A DNA stretch of 64,000 nucleotides, taken from positions 35,904-99,903 of the forward strand of contig JBBRMA010000015.1 of assembly GCA_038231075.1 (NCBI GenBank). The letters run 5' to 3'. Of this stretch, positions 8,223 through 16,236 are shown one piece after another (the stretch's first letter is position 1; each line of letters begins with the position of its first letter). Under the pieces are notes generated by a model. That model saw nothing but the letters and a program-made list of their open reading frames with translations, searched no databases and was not told where the DNA came from. A program made the position numbers and the translations under genes. The stretch is from Myxococcales bacterium. Lineage in GTDB: Bacteria > Myxococcota > Myxococcia > Myxococcales > 40CM-4-68-19.

Positions 8223-9449
8223 TTGGCCTCCTACCGAGGGACCCTCTTGCAGACCCAGCCATCGGGGAACGCACCGGCAGCGCGCCCGCGCGGCGACTTC
8301 AACATTCCCTCCCTGGACGGGCTGCGGGCCGTCTCCTTCCTGATCGTCTTTCTCGCGCACACCACCGCCAGCGTGCGGGTGCCCGGCGCGTTCGGCGTCA
8401 CCGTCTTTTTCTTCCTCAGCGGCTACCTGATCACGTCCTTGCTGCGGCTGGAGCACACCAGCAGCGGGCGCGTGAGCCTGCGCGACTTCTACCTGCGCCG
8501 CGTCCTGCGCATCCTGCCGCCATTCTACGCGGTGCTGCTGCTGGCGGCGCTGCTCACGCTCTCTGGCGCGCTGCCCGGCACGCTCAGCACCTGGCCGATG
8601 GTCGCCCAGATCGGGCACGTGACCAACTACTGGAACATCGTCAACGGGGCAGAGGGGCAGCCGGCGGGCACCGGCGTCTACTGGTCGCTGGCGGTCGAGG
8701 AGCACTTCTACCTGGTCTTTCCCTTTCTCTTCATCCTGCTGCAGCGGGTCTTCAAGGATCGCTTCCGTGCCCAAGGTGCGGTGCTGCTCGCGCTCTGCGG
8801 CCTGGTGCTGGCCTGGCGGTTCGCGCTGGTGTTCGGGCTTGGCGCCACCCCCGAGCGGACCGGCCTGGCGAGCGACACCCGGGTCGACTCCATCCTCTTC
8901 GGATGCGCGCTCGCGGTGATGGCGAACCCCATGCTCGACAAGCAGCGGCTGCCCGCGTGGCTCTGGCGCTGGGTGCTGTTGCCGCTCGGCATGGGGCTCT
9001 TGCTGGTCTCGTTTCTCTACCGCGCGCCCTGGTTCCGGGAGTCGCTGCGCTACACGGTGCAGGGGATGGGCCTCATCCCGCTCTTCGTGGTGTCGATGCG
9101 CGAGCCCGACTTCCTCCCTTTCCGGCTGCTGAATCTCAAGTGGGTGAAGCACGTCGGGCTGCTCAGCTACTCGCTCTACCTGATCCACCAGGTGGTCATC
9201 TTCACGGTGCATCCGCTGGTGCCGGGGCTGCATCCGCTCTGGCGCGGCGCGCTCGAGCTGACCGTCGCGCTGCTGCTGGCCGAGGTCGTCCATCGGCTGA
9301 TCGAGAAGCCCTGCGCGCGCTTGCGCCGCCGGCTGGCGCACGCCAACTGGATCAGCCCCAGAGCCACTTCGGACTCTCCCCCCGAGGCCGCTGCCGCACT
9401 GGCCAGCAAGAGCGAGGAAGGCCCGGCCGGGCTCTTGAAGGTGCCATGA
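8223..9449 (+). CDS. AT3 family membrane O-acyltransferase
   Basis: 408 aa. 'IPSLDGLRAVSFLIVFLAH...FFFLSGYLITS' and a C-terminal 'SYSLYLIHQ' are AT3 motifs. About 10 TM helices. Confidence 0.85.
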   Translation: MASYRGTLLQTQPSGNAPAARPRGDFNIPSLDGLRAVSFLIVFLAHTTASVRVPGAFGVTVFFFLSGYLITSLLRLEHTSSGRVSLRDFYLRRVLRILPPFYAVLLLAALLTLSGALPGTLSTWPMVAQIGHVTNYWNIVNGAEGQPAGTGVYWSLAVEEHFYLVFPFLFILLQRVFKDRFRAQGAVLLALCGLVLAWRFALVFGLGATPERTGLASDTRVDSILFGCALAVMANPMLDKQRLPAWLWRWVLLPLGMGLLLVSFLYRAPWFRESLRYTVQGMGLIPLFVVSMREPDFLPFRLLNLKWVKHVGLLSYSLYLIHQVVIFTVHPLVPGLHPLWRGALELTVALLLAEVVHRLIEKPCARLRRRLAHANWISPRATSDSPPEAAAALASKSEEGPAGLLKVP

Positions 9450-9991
9450 AGTTCCGCGAGACCGAGCTTGCGGGCGCGTTCGTCGTCGCGCTCGAGCCGC
9501 ACGCCGACGAGCGTGGCTTCTTCGCCCGCACTTTCTGCGAGGAGGAGTTCGCCGCCCGCGGCTTGCCCACGCGCTTCCCGCAGGCCAACCTCTCGCGAAA
9601 CCTGCGCCGGGCGACTCTGCGCGGGCTGCACTACAACGCCGCCCCGCACCGCGAGTCCAAGCTGGTTCGCTGCACCGCCGGCGCCATCTGGGATGCCATC
9701 GTTGACCTGCGGCCGGCCTCGCCCACCTATCTCCAGTCGCTCGGCGTCGAGCTGACGGCGGAGAGCGGCGACGCGCTCTTCGTGCCGGAGGGCTTCGCGC
9801 ACGGCTTCATCACCCTGCGCGACCAGACCGACGTCGAATATCTGATGGGCAGCTCGTACGTGGCGGGCGCCGCGCGGGGCGTGCGCTGGGACGACGGTCG
9901 CCTCGGGATCCGCTGGCCGCTTCCGCCCGAGGTCATCTCCCTGCGCGACCGCGAGCTTCCCCTCTTCGACGCGGCGGTCTTCGATGGTTGA
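9446..9991 (+). CDS. rmlC: dTDP-4-dehydrorhamnose 3,5-epimerase family (RmlC-like cupin) sugar epimerase
   Basis: 181 aa. 'DERGFF', 'RGLHYN', 'KLVRCTAGAIWDAIVDLR' and 'FVPEGFAHGF' match the RmlC cupin signature. The ATG at 9446 overlaps the upstream stop (ATGA). Family-level call only: no rmlABD genes are in the window. Confidence 0.85.
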   Translation: MKFRETELAGAFVVALEPHADERGFFARTFCEEEFAARGLPTRFPQANLSRNLRRATLRGLHYNAAPHRESKLVRCTAGAIWDAIVDLRPASPTYLQSLGVELTAESGDALFVPEGFAHGFITLRDQTDVEYLMGSSYVAGAARGVRWDDGRLGIRWPLPPEVISLRDRELPLFDAAVFDG

Positions 9992-11255
9992 CGGCGACGA
10001 GCTGCACGCGCTGGTTGCGCGGCTCCATCCCCTCTGTCGGAGCATCACCGGCGACGGCGTGCGCCAGACGCTGCGCGTGCTCTCCGAGCTGGCCCCGATC
10101 CAGCTGACCGAGGTCGCATCGGGCACCGAGGTGCTCGACTGGGTGGTGCCCCCGGAGTGGAACGTGCGCGAGGCCTTCATCGCCAACGCGCAGGGCGAGC
10201 GGGTGGTCGACCTGCGCGACTCCAGCCTGCACCTCGTCAGCTACAGCGTTCCGGTGCAGGCGCGCATGTCGCTCGCCGAGCTGCGGCCGCACCTGCACAC
10301 GCTGCCCGACCGGCCCGATTGGATTCCGTACCGCACGAGCTATTACAAAGAGGCGTGGGGCTTCTGCCTCTCCCAGCGCCAGCTCGATGCGCTGCCGGAG
10401 GGCGACTATCAAGTCCGGATCGACTCCACCCTGGCGCCCGGGCACCTGACCTACGGCGAGATCGTGCTGCCCGGCGACACCGAAGAGGAGATCCTCATCT
10501 CCTCCCACGTCTGCCACCCGTCGCTGGCCGACGACAACCTCTCGGGAATGGTGATCGCCGCGGCGCTCGCCCGCCAGCTGGCCAAGGAGCGGAGGCGCTA
10601 CACGCTGCGCTTCCTCTTCGCGCCCGGGACCATCGGAGCCATCACCTGGCTCGCGCGGAACCGCGAGCGCGTGGGCCGCATCCGCCACGGCCTGACCCTC
10701 ACCTGCCTGGGCGACTCGCATCCATTCACGTACAAGAAGACCGCGCTGGGCGCGGCCGAGATCGATCGCGCGGCGGCGCACGTGCTCGCGGCCTCTGGGC
10801 TGCCGCACCAGCTCATCGACTTCTTTCCGTTTGGATATGACGAGCGGCAATACAACTCGCCGGGCTTCCGCCTGCCGGTGGGCTCGTTGATGCGCGGCCG
10901 CCACGGACAATTTCCCGAGTACCACACCTCCGCGGACAACCCTTCGTTCGTCGCGCCGGCGCGGCTGGCGGAGTCGTTCGGCGTCCTCGAGCAGCTGCTC
11001 GCGCTGCTCGACGCCAACCGGCGCTACCGGAACCTCGCGCCGTACGGCGAGCCGCAGCTGGGGCGGCGCGGGCTCTACGACGCGCTCGGCGGCAAGGACA
11101 TCGCCGACCTGCAGCTGGCGATGCTCTGGATGCTCAACCTGAGCGACGGGGACCACTCGCTGCTCGAGATCGCCGAGCGATCGAAGATCGAGTTCACCAC
11201 CCTGCGCACGGCGGCCGAGCTGCTCGAGCGCCACGGTCTGCTCGGGCCGGGCTGA
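9984..11255 (+). CDS. aminopeptidase-like domain protein of polysaccharide loci (COG4310; DUF2172/DUF4910-like)
   Basis: 423 aa. 'ISSHVCHPSLADDNLSG' and the overall layout resemble the COG4310 family. The start overlaps the RmlC-like stop by 8 nt. Confidence 0.7.
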   Translation: MVDGDELHALVARLHPLCRSITGDGVRQTLRVLSELAPIQLTEVASGTEVLDWVVPPEWNVREAFIANAQGERVVDLRDSSLHLVSYSVPVQARMSLAELRPHLHTLPDRPDWIPYRTSYYKEAWGFCLSQRQLDALPEGDYQVRIDSTLAPGHLTYGEIVLPGDTEEEILISSHVCHPSLADDNLSGMVIAAALARQLAKERRRYTLRFLFAPGTIGAITWLARNRERVGRIRHGLTLTCLGDSHPFTYKKTALGAAEIDRAAAHVLAASGLPHQLIDFFPFGYDERQYNSPGFRLPVGSLMRGRHGQFPEYHTSADNPSFVAPARLAESFGVLEQLLALLDANRRYRNLAPYGEPQLGRRGLYDALGGKDIADLQLAMLWMLNLSDGDHSLLEIAERSKIEFTTLRTAAELLERHGLLGPG

Positions 11256-11266
11256 CCAGGAGAGAC

Positions 11267-12157
11267 ATGGACGGCATCTTTCTCGATCCGGACTTGAGCG
11301 ACCACGAGAGGCGCGCACGGCTCTATCGGGGCGCCATCCTGCTCTTGTCGCCCTCGGCCGCCTCGCGCGAGCTGGTGGCCTTCGCGCGCGCGCTGACCGA
11401 GGAGGCGTTCGCCCCGCGCAATCCCGAGACGGCCCACTGCGAGCTGCCGGTCGAGGAGTATGCGCGCCTCCTCGCGGCGCTCAAGCCGCGCTTCATCCAC
11501 CACCCGCGCTGCAAGGAGCTGCTGCGCGAGATCTTGAAGTCCGCCGGCTGCGACGAGGCGCGCACCTACTTCGACGTCCCTCGCCTGCGCACCGCGGCGC
11601 CCGGGGATTACCTCAGCACCGGCATCGCCTATGCCTTCCATCCGCACCGCGACACCTGGTACTCGGCGCCGCAGTGCCAGATCAACTGGTGGATGCCGGT
11701 CTACCCGATGCGCCCCGAGAACGGGATGGCCTTCCACCCGCGCTACTGGACGCAGCCGCTCAAGAACAGCTCGCGCATCTACAACTATCGCAGGTGGAAT
11801 GCGGAGAATCGCTTCAATGCGGCGCAGCAGCTCAAGGTCGACACCCGGCCGCAGCCCAAGCCCGAGGAGCCGGTTGATTTGAACCCGAGCCTGCGCTTCG
11901 TGCCGCCGCCCGGCGGGCTGATCCTCTTCTCCGGCGCGCAGCTGCACTCGACCGTGCCGAACGGCACCGACCTGACCCGGTTCAGCATCGACTTTCGCAC
12001 CGTCAACCTCGACGACGTGCGCGCGCGGGAAGGGGCGCACAACATCGACTCCGCGTGCACCGGCACGAGCCTTGGCGACTTCCTCCGCGCCGCCGACTTC
12101 GAGCGCATCGAGCAGTCCGCGGTCGACCTCTACGACACGCCCGACCGCAGCGGCTGA
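11267..12157 (+). CDS. hypothetical protein, putative Fe(II)/2-oxoglutarate (PhyH-like) dioxygenase
   Basis: 296 aa. It has an 'FHPHRD' (HxD) motif and a distal 'LHSTVPNGTDLTRFSIDFR' (H..N....R) pattern, as in phytanoyl-CoA dioxygenase-like enzymes. Assignment by motif only. Confidence 0.55.
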   Translation: MDGIFLDPDLSDHERRARLYRGAILLLSPSAASRELVAFARALTEEAFAPRNPETAHCELPVEEYARLLAALKPRFIHHPRCKELLREILKSAGCDEARTYFDVPRLRTAAPGDYLSTGIAYAFHPHRDTWYSAPQCQINWWMPVYPMRPENGMAFHPRYWTQPLKNSSRIYNYRRWNAENRFNAAQQLKVDTRPQPKPEEPVDLNPSLRFVPPPGGLILFSGAQLHSTVPNGTDLTRFSIDFRTVNLDDVRAREGAHNIDSACTGTSLGDFLRAADFERIEQSAVDLYDTPDRSG

Positions 12158-13428
12158 ACGGGCGGCCCGAAGAGCGCGTCGTACTGCGCCTCGACCGCCT
12201 GCCGCTGCCGGGCGACGGACAGCGCGAGCGCTGCAGACAGTTCGCGCCGCTCCGCGGCCAGCCGGGCGATGAGCGCGAGCGCGCCGGCGGCGTCGAATTG
12301 GTCGATCTCGACGCAGTAGCGCGCCTGGCCCATCTGCTCCATCAGGGTCCGCACCTTGCGCTCGTGCGAGACGGCCAGCACCGGCCGCCCGGCGAGGTGA
12401 GAGAGCAGCGTGCCGTGCAGCCGCGCCGCCACCACCAGATCGACGCCCGCCAGCGTGGCGAAGAGCGACACGAGGTCAGGCGTCTGCGCTGCGCGAAGGC
12501 GTTCGCCCGCCTCGGGCGCGAGCGCGCGCGCGGCGGTCAAGGTGTCGTCCACCGCGCCGGGCTCGTTGTCGGTGGTGAAGAGCACCACCGAGTGGCCCTC
12601 GGCCAGGAGCCCCGCAGCGAGCGACCCGAAGGCGCGCGTGTGCCGGCGATAGCGCTCCTGATCGGCACGCGGCCACTGGCGCCCATCGCCGTACGCCATC
12701 GGGCTCAGGCCGATGGTCAGCCGCTCGCGCGCAGGCGGCGGCGCCGGCAGGACCTGAAGGCCGTACGCAAGATCTGGAACCGTCGGATCCGATCGCGTCA
12801 GCGCCGGCGCGGCCAGCAGCTCGCGCGAGCGGTCGTCGCGGTACGAGCGATAGCCGGCGAGCCGCAGCGACCGCAGCACCAGCCACCGGCTCGCCGCCGA
12901 GAGCGTCCCGGTGCCGACGCTGGCGAAAAGAAAGCGCGCGCCCACCGATCGCGCCAACAGGCCCCAGCGGAGCAGGGCGTAGGGCTGGCCCAGGGCTCCG
13001 CCGAAGAAGTCGTCGAGCTGGCCGCCGCCGGCGACGACCACCGCGGATGCCCCTTCGAGCCTGGCCCGCGAGGAGCCCAGGTGGCGCAGCTCGCTGGCCG
13101 CGGCGCGGAGCGGGAGCCGGCGCAGGACCGCGTGCAGCGCGCGCTCCGCGCTCCAGCCGTGAAAGATCTTGTCGGCCGAAGCGGCGTCGGGACCGGCCTC
13201 GCGCATCGTGTAGAGGTGCGGTGAGAAGCCGAGCAGGGTGAAGGCCGGGATGCCGTGCTCTCTCGCAGTGCCCTCGGCGTTGAGGGTGAAGGCCAGCACG
13301 CGAGCCTGCGGCAGGCGGAGGCGGAGGCCCTGGAGGAGCGACTCGAGGATCGCGCGGTCGCCGAGGTTGCCCCAGCCCGACGGGCTGAGCAGCGCGATCT
13401 TCGCGTCTGGAGGAAGACCGCCCGGCAT
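12130..13428 (-). CDS. polysaccharide pyruvyl transferase (CsaB/WcaK-like)
   Basis: 432 aa. 'IALLSPSGWGNLGDRAI', 'VVVAGGGQL' and the C-terminal 'ARLHGTLLS' resemble PS_pyruv_trans family blocks. Its 3' end overlaps the convergent gene by 28 nt. Confidence 0.7.
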   Translation of the reverse strand: MPGGLPPDAKIALLSPSGWGNLGDRAILESLLQGLRLRLPQARVLAFTLNAEGTAREHGIPAFTLLGFSPHLYTMREAGPDAASADKIFHGWSAERALHAVLRRLPLRAAASELRHLGSSRARLEGASAVVVAGGGQLDDFFGGALGQPYALLRWGLLARSVGARFLFASVGTGTLSAASRWLVLRSLRLAGYRSYRDDRSRELLAAPALTRSDPTVPDLAYGLQVLPAPPPARERLTIGLSPMAYGDGRQWPRADQERYRRHTRAFGSLAAGLLAEGHSVVLFTTDNEPGAVDDTLTAARALAPEAGERLRAAQTPDLVSLFATLAGVDLVVAARLHGTLLSHLAGRPVLAVSHERKVRTLMEQMGQARYCVEIDQFDAAGALALIARLAAERRELSAALALSVARQRQAVEAQYDALFGPPVQPLRSGVS

Positions 13429-13518
13429 TGAGTTCAGTTAGGCTATGCGGATGTCGATCCGGCGGCAACCTCGCTCCCTCCGCTGCAGGCGCGCTCTGCC
13501 GCCCTGCGAAATCCGCTG

Positions 13519-14427
13519 ATGGGTCGGGCGCCGATCAGCCTCTCCGTCGTCGTTCCCACGCGCAACCGCGCTGCCCACGCGCTCGCCTGCGTCGAGACCA
13601 TCCGGCGCGCGGGCGGCTTTCGCGAGCTGATCGTGGTGGACCAGAGCGACGACGGCGCCACCGAGTCGGCGCTCGCGGCGCTGGGCGACCCGCGGTTGCG
13701 CTATCTGCGCAGCGCGCTGCGCGGGGCCACCAACGGGCGCAACGTCGGCATCGAGGCGAGCACGGGCGAGGTGATCGCCTTCACCGACGACGACTGCCGC
13801 GTGGCCCCCGACTGGGCCGCCAGCGTCGCCCGCATCTTCGACACCGACCCCGAGGCGGCGGTGGTCTGCGGCCGGGTCCACGTCCCCGAGGAGCTCCAGC
13901 GTGAGGGCTTCGCCGTCGCCTTCGAGCCCGAGGTGCGCGAGTGGCGGGGCCGCTTCCCACCCCCCGGCCACGACTGGGGCATCACCGCCAACTTCGCCGT
14001 TCGCCGCGAGGTGTTCGAGCAGGTCGGCCCCTTCGACGCGCTGCTCGGCCCGGGCGCGCCGCTCCTCTGCGGCGAGGAGCCCGACCTGCTCTTCCGCGTC
14101 CTCAAAGCCAACCTGAAAGTCGTCAACGCGCGCGAGGTGCTGGTCGAGCATCTGGGCGTGCGCGCCCACGGGCCCGAGTCGACCGAGCTCTGGCGCACCT
14201 ACGCCGCCGGGACTTCGTCGGCCCTGTTCAAGCACGTGCGGCTTGGCGACCTCGACGCCATGGGACTCTACCTGCGCCACCTCGCTGGCTGCGCCCGGCT
14301 CATCCTCACCAATGTCGTGCACCTGCACCGCCCCATCGGCCTCGGCTACACGCTCGCTTTCCTCTCCGGCGTCCGCCTGTCGCTCAAGTATCGCGTCGAC
14401 CGCGAGCGCCGCCTCTACGTCCCCTGA
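13519..14427 (+). CDS. GT2 glycosyltransferase, paralog 1 of 4
   Basis: 302 aa. 'LSVVVPTRNR', 'GATNGRNVGI' and the 'FTDDDC' (DxD) motif indicate a GT-A fold. A distinctive C-terminal ~90 aa is shared by all four paralogs. Confidence 0.85.
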   Translation: MGRAPISLSVVVPTRNRAAHALACVETIRRAGGFRELIVVDQSDDGATESALAALGDPRLRYLRSALRGATNGRNVGIEASTGEVIAFTDDDCRVAPDWAASVARIFDTDPEAAVVCGRVHVPEELQREGFAVAFEPEVREWRGRFPPPGHDWGITANFAVRREVFEQVGPFDALLGPGAPLLCGEEPDLLFRVLKANLKVVNAREVLVEHLGVRAHGPESTELWRTYAAGTSSALFKHVRLGDLDAMGLYLRHLAGCARLILTNVVHLHRPIGLGYTLAFLSGVRLSLKYRVDRERRLYVP

Positions 14428-14452
14428 GGGCGCCGTGGTATCAGGCCTGCCG

Positions 14453-15379
14453 ATGCTGAAGCTCTCCATTGTCGTGCCCACGCGGAACCGCGCCGCGCAC
14501 GCCGAGGCCTGCGCCCGCACCATCCTCAAGGGCGATGGCTTCGAGGAGCTGATCTTCGTCGACCAGAGCGACAGCAGCGACACCCGGGCCGCGCTGGCGG
14601 CCATCGGCGATGCGCGGCTGCGCTGCATCCCAAGCCAGCTGCGCGGCGCCACCAACGGGCGCAACGTCGGCATCGAGGCCACCCGGGGCGAGGCCATCGC
14701 CTTCACCGACGACGACTGCCGCGTCGCCCCTGACTGGGTCGAGAAGATCCGCGACCTCTTCACCAGGGACCCCGCCGCCGCGGTCATCTGCGGCCGCGTC
14801 GTGGTGCCGGCCGAGCTGCAGCAGCAGGGGTTCGCCATCGGCTTCGAGCCCGAGGTGCGCGAGTGGTCGGGTCGCTTCCCGCCGCCCGAGCGCGACTGGG
14901 GCATCACCGCCAACCTCTCCGCCCGCCGCGAGGTGCTGGCGAAGGTGGGAAACTTCGACCCCTTCCTCGGCCCCGGCGCGCCGCTGCTCTGCGGCGAGGA
15001 GCCAGACCTGCTCTTCCGCGTCCTCAAGGCTGGGTACAAGGTCGTCAACGCGCGCGAGGTGCAGGTCGAGCACCTGGGCGTGCGCGCCCTCGGGCCGGAG
15101 TCGCGCGAGCTCTGGCGGACCTACGGCGTCGGCACCGCGGCGGCCCTCTTCAAGCACGTCCGGCTCGGTGACCTGGACGCGCTCGGTCTTTACCTGCAGC
15201 ACCTCGGCATCATGGGCCGCGTGGTGGCGAAGAACCTGCTCACTGGACGTCGGCCGACCGGCATCGGCTACACGCTCGCCTTCCTCTCCGGCGCGATCTC
15301 CTCGTTCCGCTTTCGCGTCGACAAGGCGGGCAGGATCTATCGGTCGAGGAAGACGCCGCGCTCGGAGTCGAGCCGGTAG
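14453..15379 (+). CDS. GT2 glycosyltransferase, paralog 2 of 4 (tandem duplicate of 13519-14427)
   Basis: The start was trimmed to the ATG at 14453 ('MLKLSIVVPTRNR'). An in-frame GTG at 14435 is an alternative. It is collinear with paralog 1 along its full length, for example 'FTDDDCRVAPDW' and 'PLLCGEEPDLLFRVLKA'. Confidence 0.85.
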   Translation: MLKLSIVVPTRNRAAHAEACARTILKGDGFEELIFVDQSDSSDTRAALAAIGDARLRCIPSQLRGATNGRNVGIEATRGEAIAFTDDDCRVAPDWVEKIRDLFTRDPAAAVICGRVVVPAELQQQGFAIGFEPEVREWSGRFPPPERDWGITANLSARREVLAKVGNFDPFLGPGAPLLCGEEPDLLFRVLKAGYKVVNAREVQVEHLGVRALGPESRELWRTYGVGTAAALFKHVRLGDLDALGLYLQHLGIMGRVVAKNLLTGRRPTGIGYTLAFLSGAISSFRFRVDKAGRIYRSRKTPRSESSR

Positions 15380-16236
15380 CGGAAGCTGAGCAGCGCGCCG
15401 GCCACGAAGTAGTAGAGCACCCCGGGCCGCGGCCTGCGCAGGCGCAACAGATCGAGCAGCGTCTTCTTGCTGTAGAAGCCGACCCAGCGCGCGGCGTCGA
15501 AAAGGCCCCGCAGTCCGTCGAGGCGGGCGTGCTTGCCGAACGCGCCGCCCACCGCGAACTGGTAGGCCACGTGCAGCGGGCGCACGTCAGCGCCGGTGCG
15601 GACGCCGAGGTGGAGCACGTCGCACTCGGCGGCGTTGATGACGCAGAGGCCGCGGGCGAGCGCGCGGATCAAGAGATCCGTCTCTTCGGCGCCGCGGAAG
15701 TAGGGCGCCCCGGGACCCAGCAACGGATCGAACCCGCCCAGCTCTTGCAGCACCGGGCGGCGGATGGCGAAGTTGGCCCCGATGCCGAGGTCGCCGTCGG
15801 GCAGCGGCACCGTGCCTCGCTGCACGCGCTGCCGGGGCTCGAAGGAGGCGCCGTAGTCGTCGTCGTTCTCCTTGGGCGGCAGGCGCACGCGGCCGAAGAC
15901 GAGCGCGGCCTCGGGCTCCTGGTTGAAGACGCGCAACAGGCTCGACACCCAGCCGGCCTCGGGCCTGCAATCGTCGTCGGTGAAGGCGAGCAGCGGCGCG
16001 GAGGTGGCGACGACGCCTCCGTTGCGGGCATTGCTGGCCCCGCGCAGCGGCGAGCGGAGGACGCGCAGCCGGCCATCTTGCAGGAGCGGCGCGAGCGCCT
16101 CCGCGGTGCTCTCGTCGGTGCTTTGATCGACGACCACCAGCTCGAAGTCGGCGGGATCGCGCAGCACGGCCCGGGCGGCCTCGGCCGCTTGGGCGCCTCG
16201 GTTTCGCGTGGGGATGACGACCGCGATCTCGGGCAT
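15337..16236 (-). CDS. GT2 glycosyltransferase, paralog 3 of 4
   Basis: 299 aa. 'IAVVIPTRNR', 'FTDDDCRPEAGW' and 'GAEETDLLIRAL'. It is convergent with paralog 2, with a 43-nt 3' overlap. Confidence 0.85.
   Translation of the reverse strand: MPEIAVVIPTRNRGAQAAEAARAVLRDPADFELVVVDQSTDESTAEALAPLLQDGRLRVLRSPLRGASNARNGGVVATSAPLLAFTDDDCRPEAGWVSSLLRVFNQEPEAALVFGRVRLPPKENDDDYGASFEPRQRVQRGTVPLPDGDLGIGANFAIRRPVLQELGGFDPLLGPGAPYFRGAEETDLLIRALARGLCVINAAECDVLHLGVRTGADVRPLHVAYQFAVGGAFGKHARLDGLRGLFDAARWVGFYSKKTLLDLLRLRRPRPGVLYYFVAGALLSFRYRLDSERGVFLDR

Noticed and set aside
6396-9341. 981-aa minus-strand ORF spanning the Wzy-like gene, the mini-ORF and the AT3 gene
   Set aside because: The translation is Arg/Pro/Gly/His/Ala-rich with no motifs. 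It overlaps three ORFs that have clear family signatures in other frames or on the other strand. This is a typical long shadow ORF of very GC-rich DNA.
9446-9991. Reading the RmlC-like gene as evidence for a complete dTDP-L-rhamnose pathway
   Set aside because: No RmlA, RmlB or RmlD-like ORFs are in the window. Only a family-level epimerase call is justified.
9933-11318. 461-aa minus-strand ORF antisense to the COG4310-like gene
   Set aside because: It is a shadow ORF with a low-complexity Arg/Ala/Glu/Gly composition.
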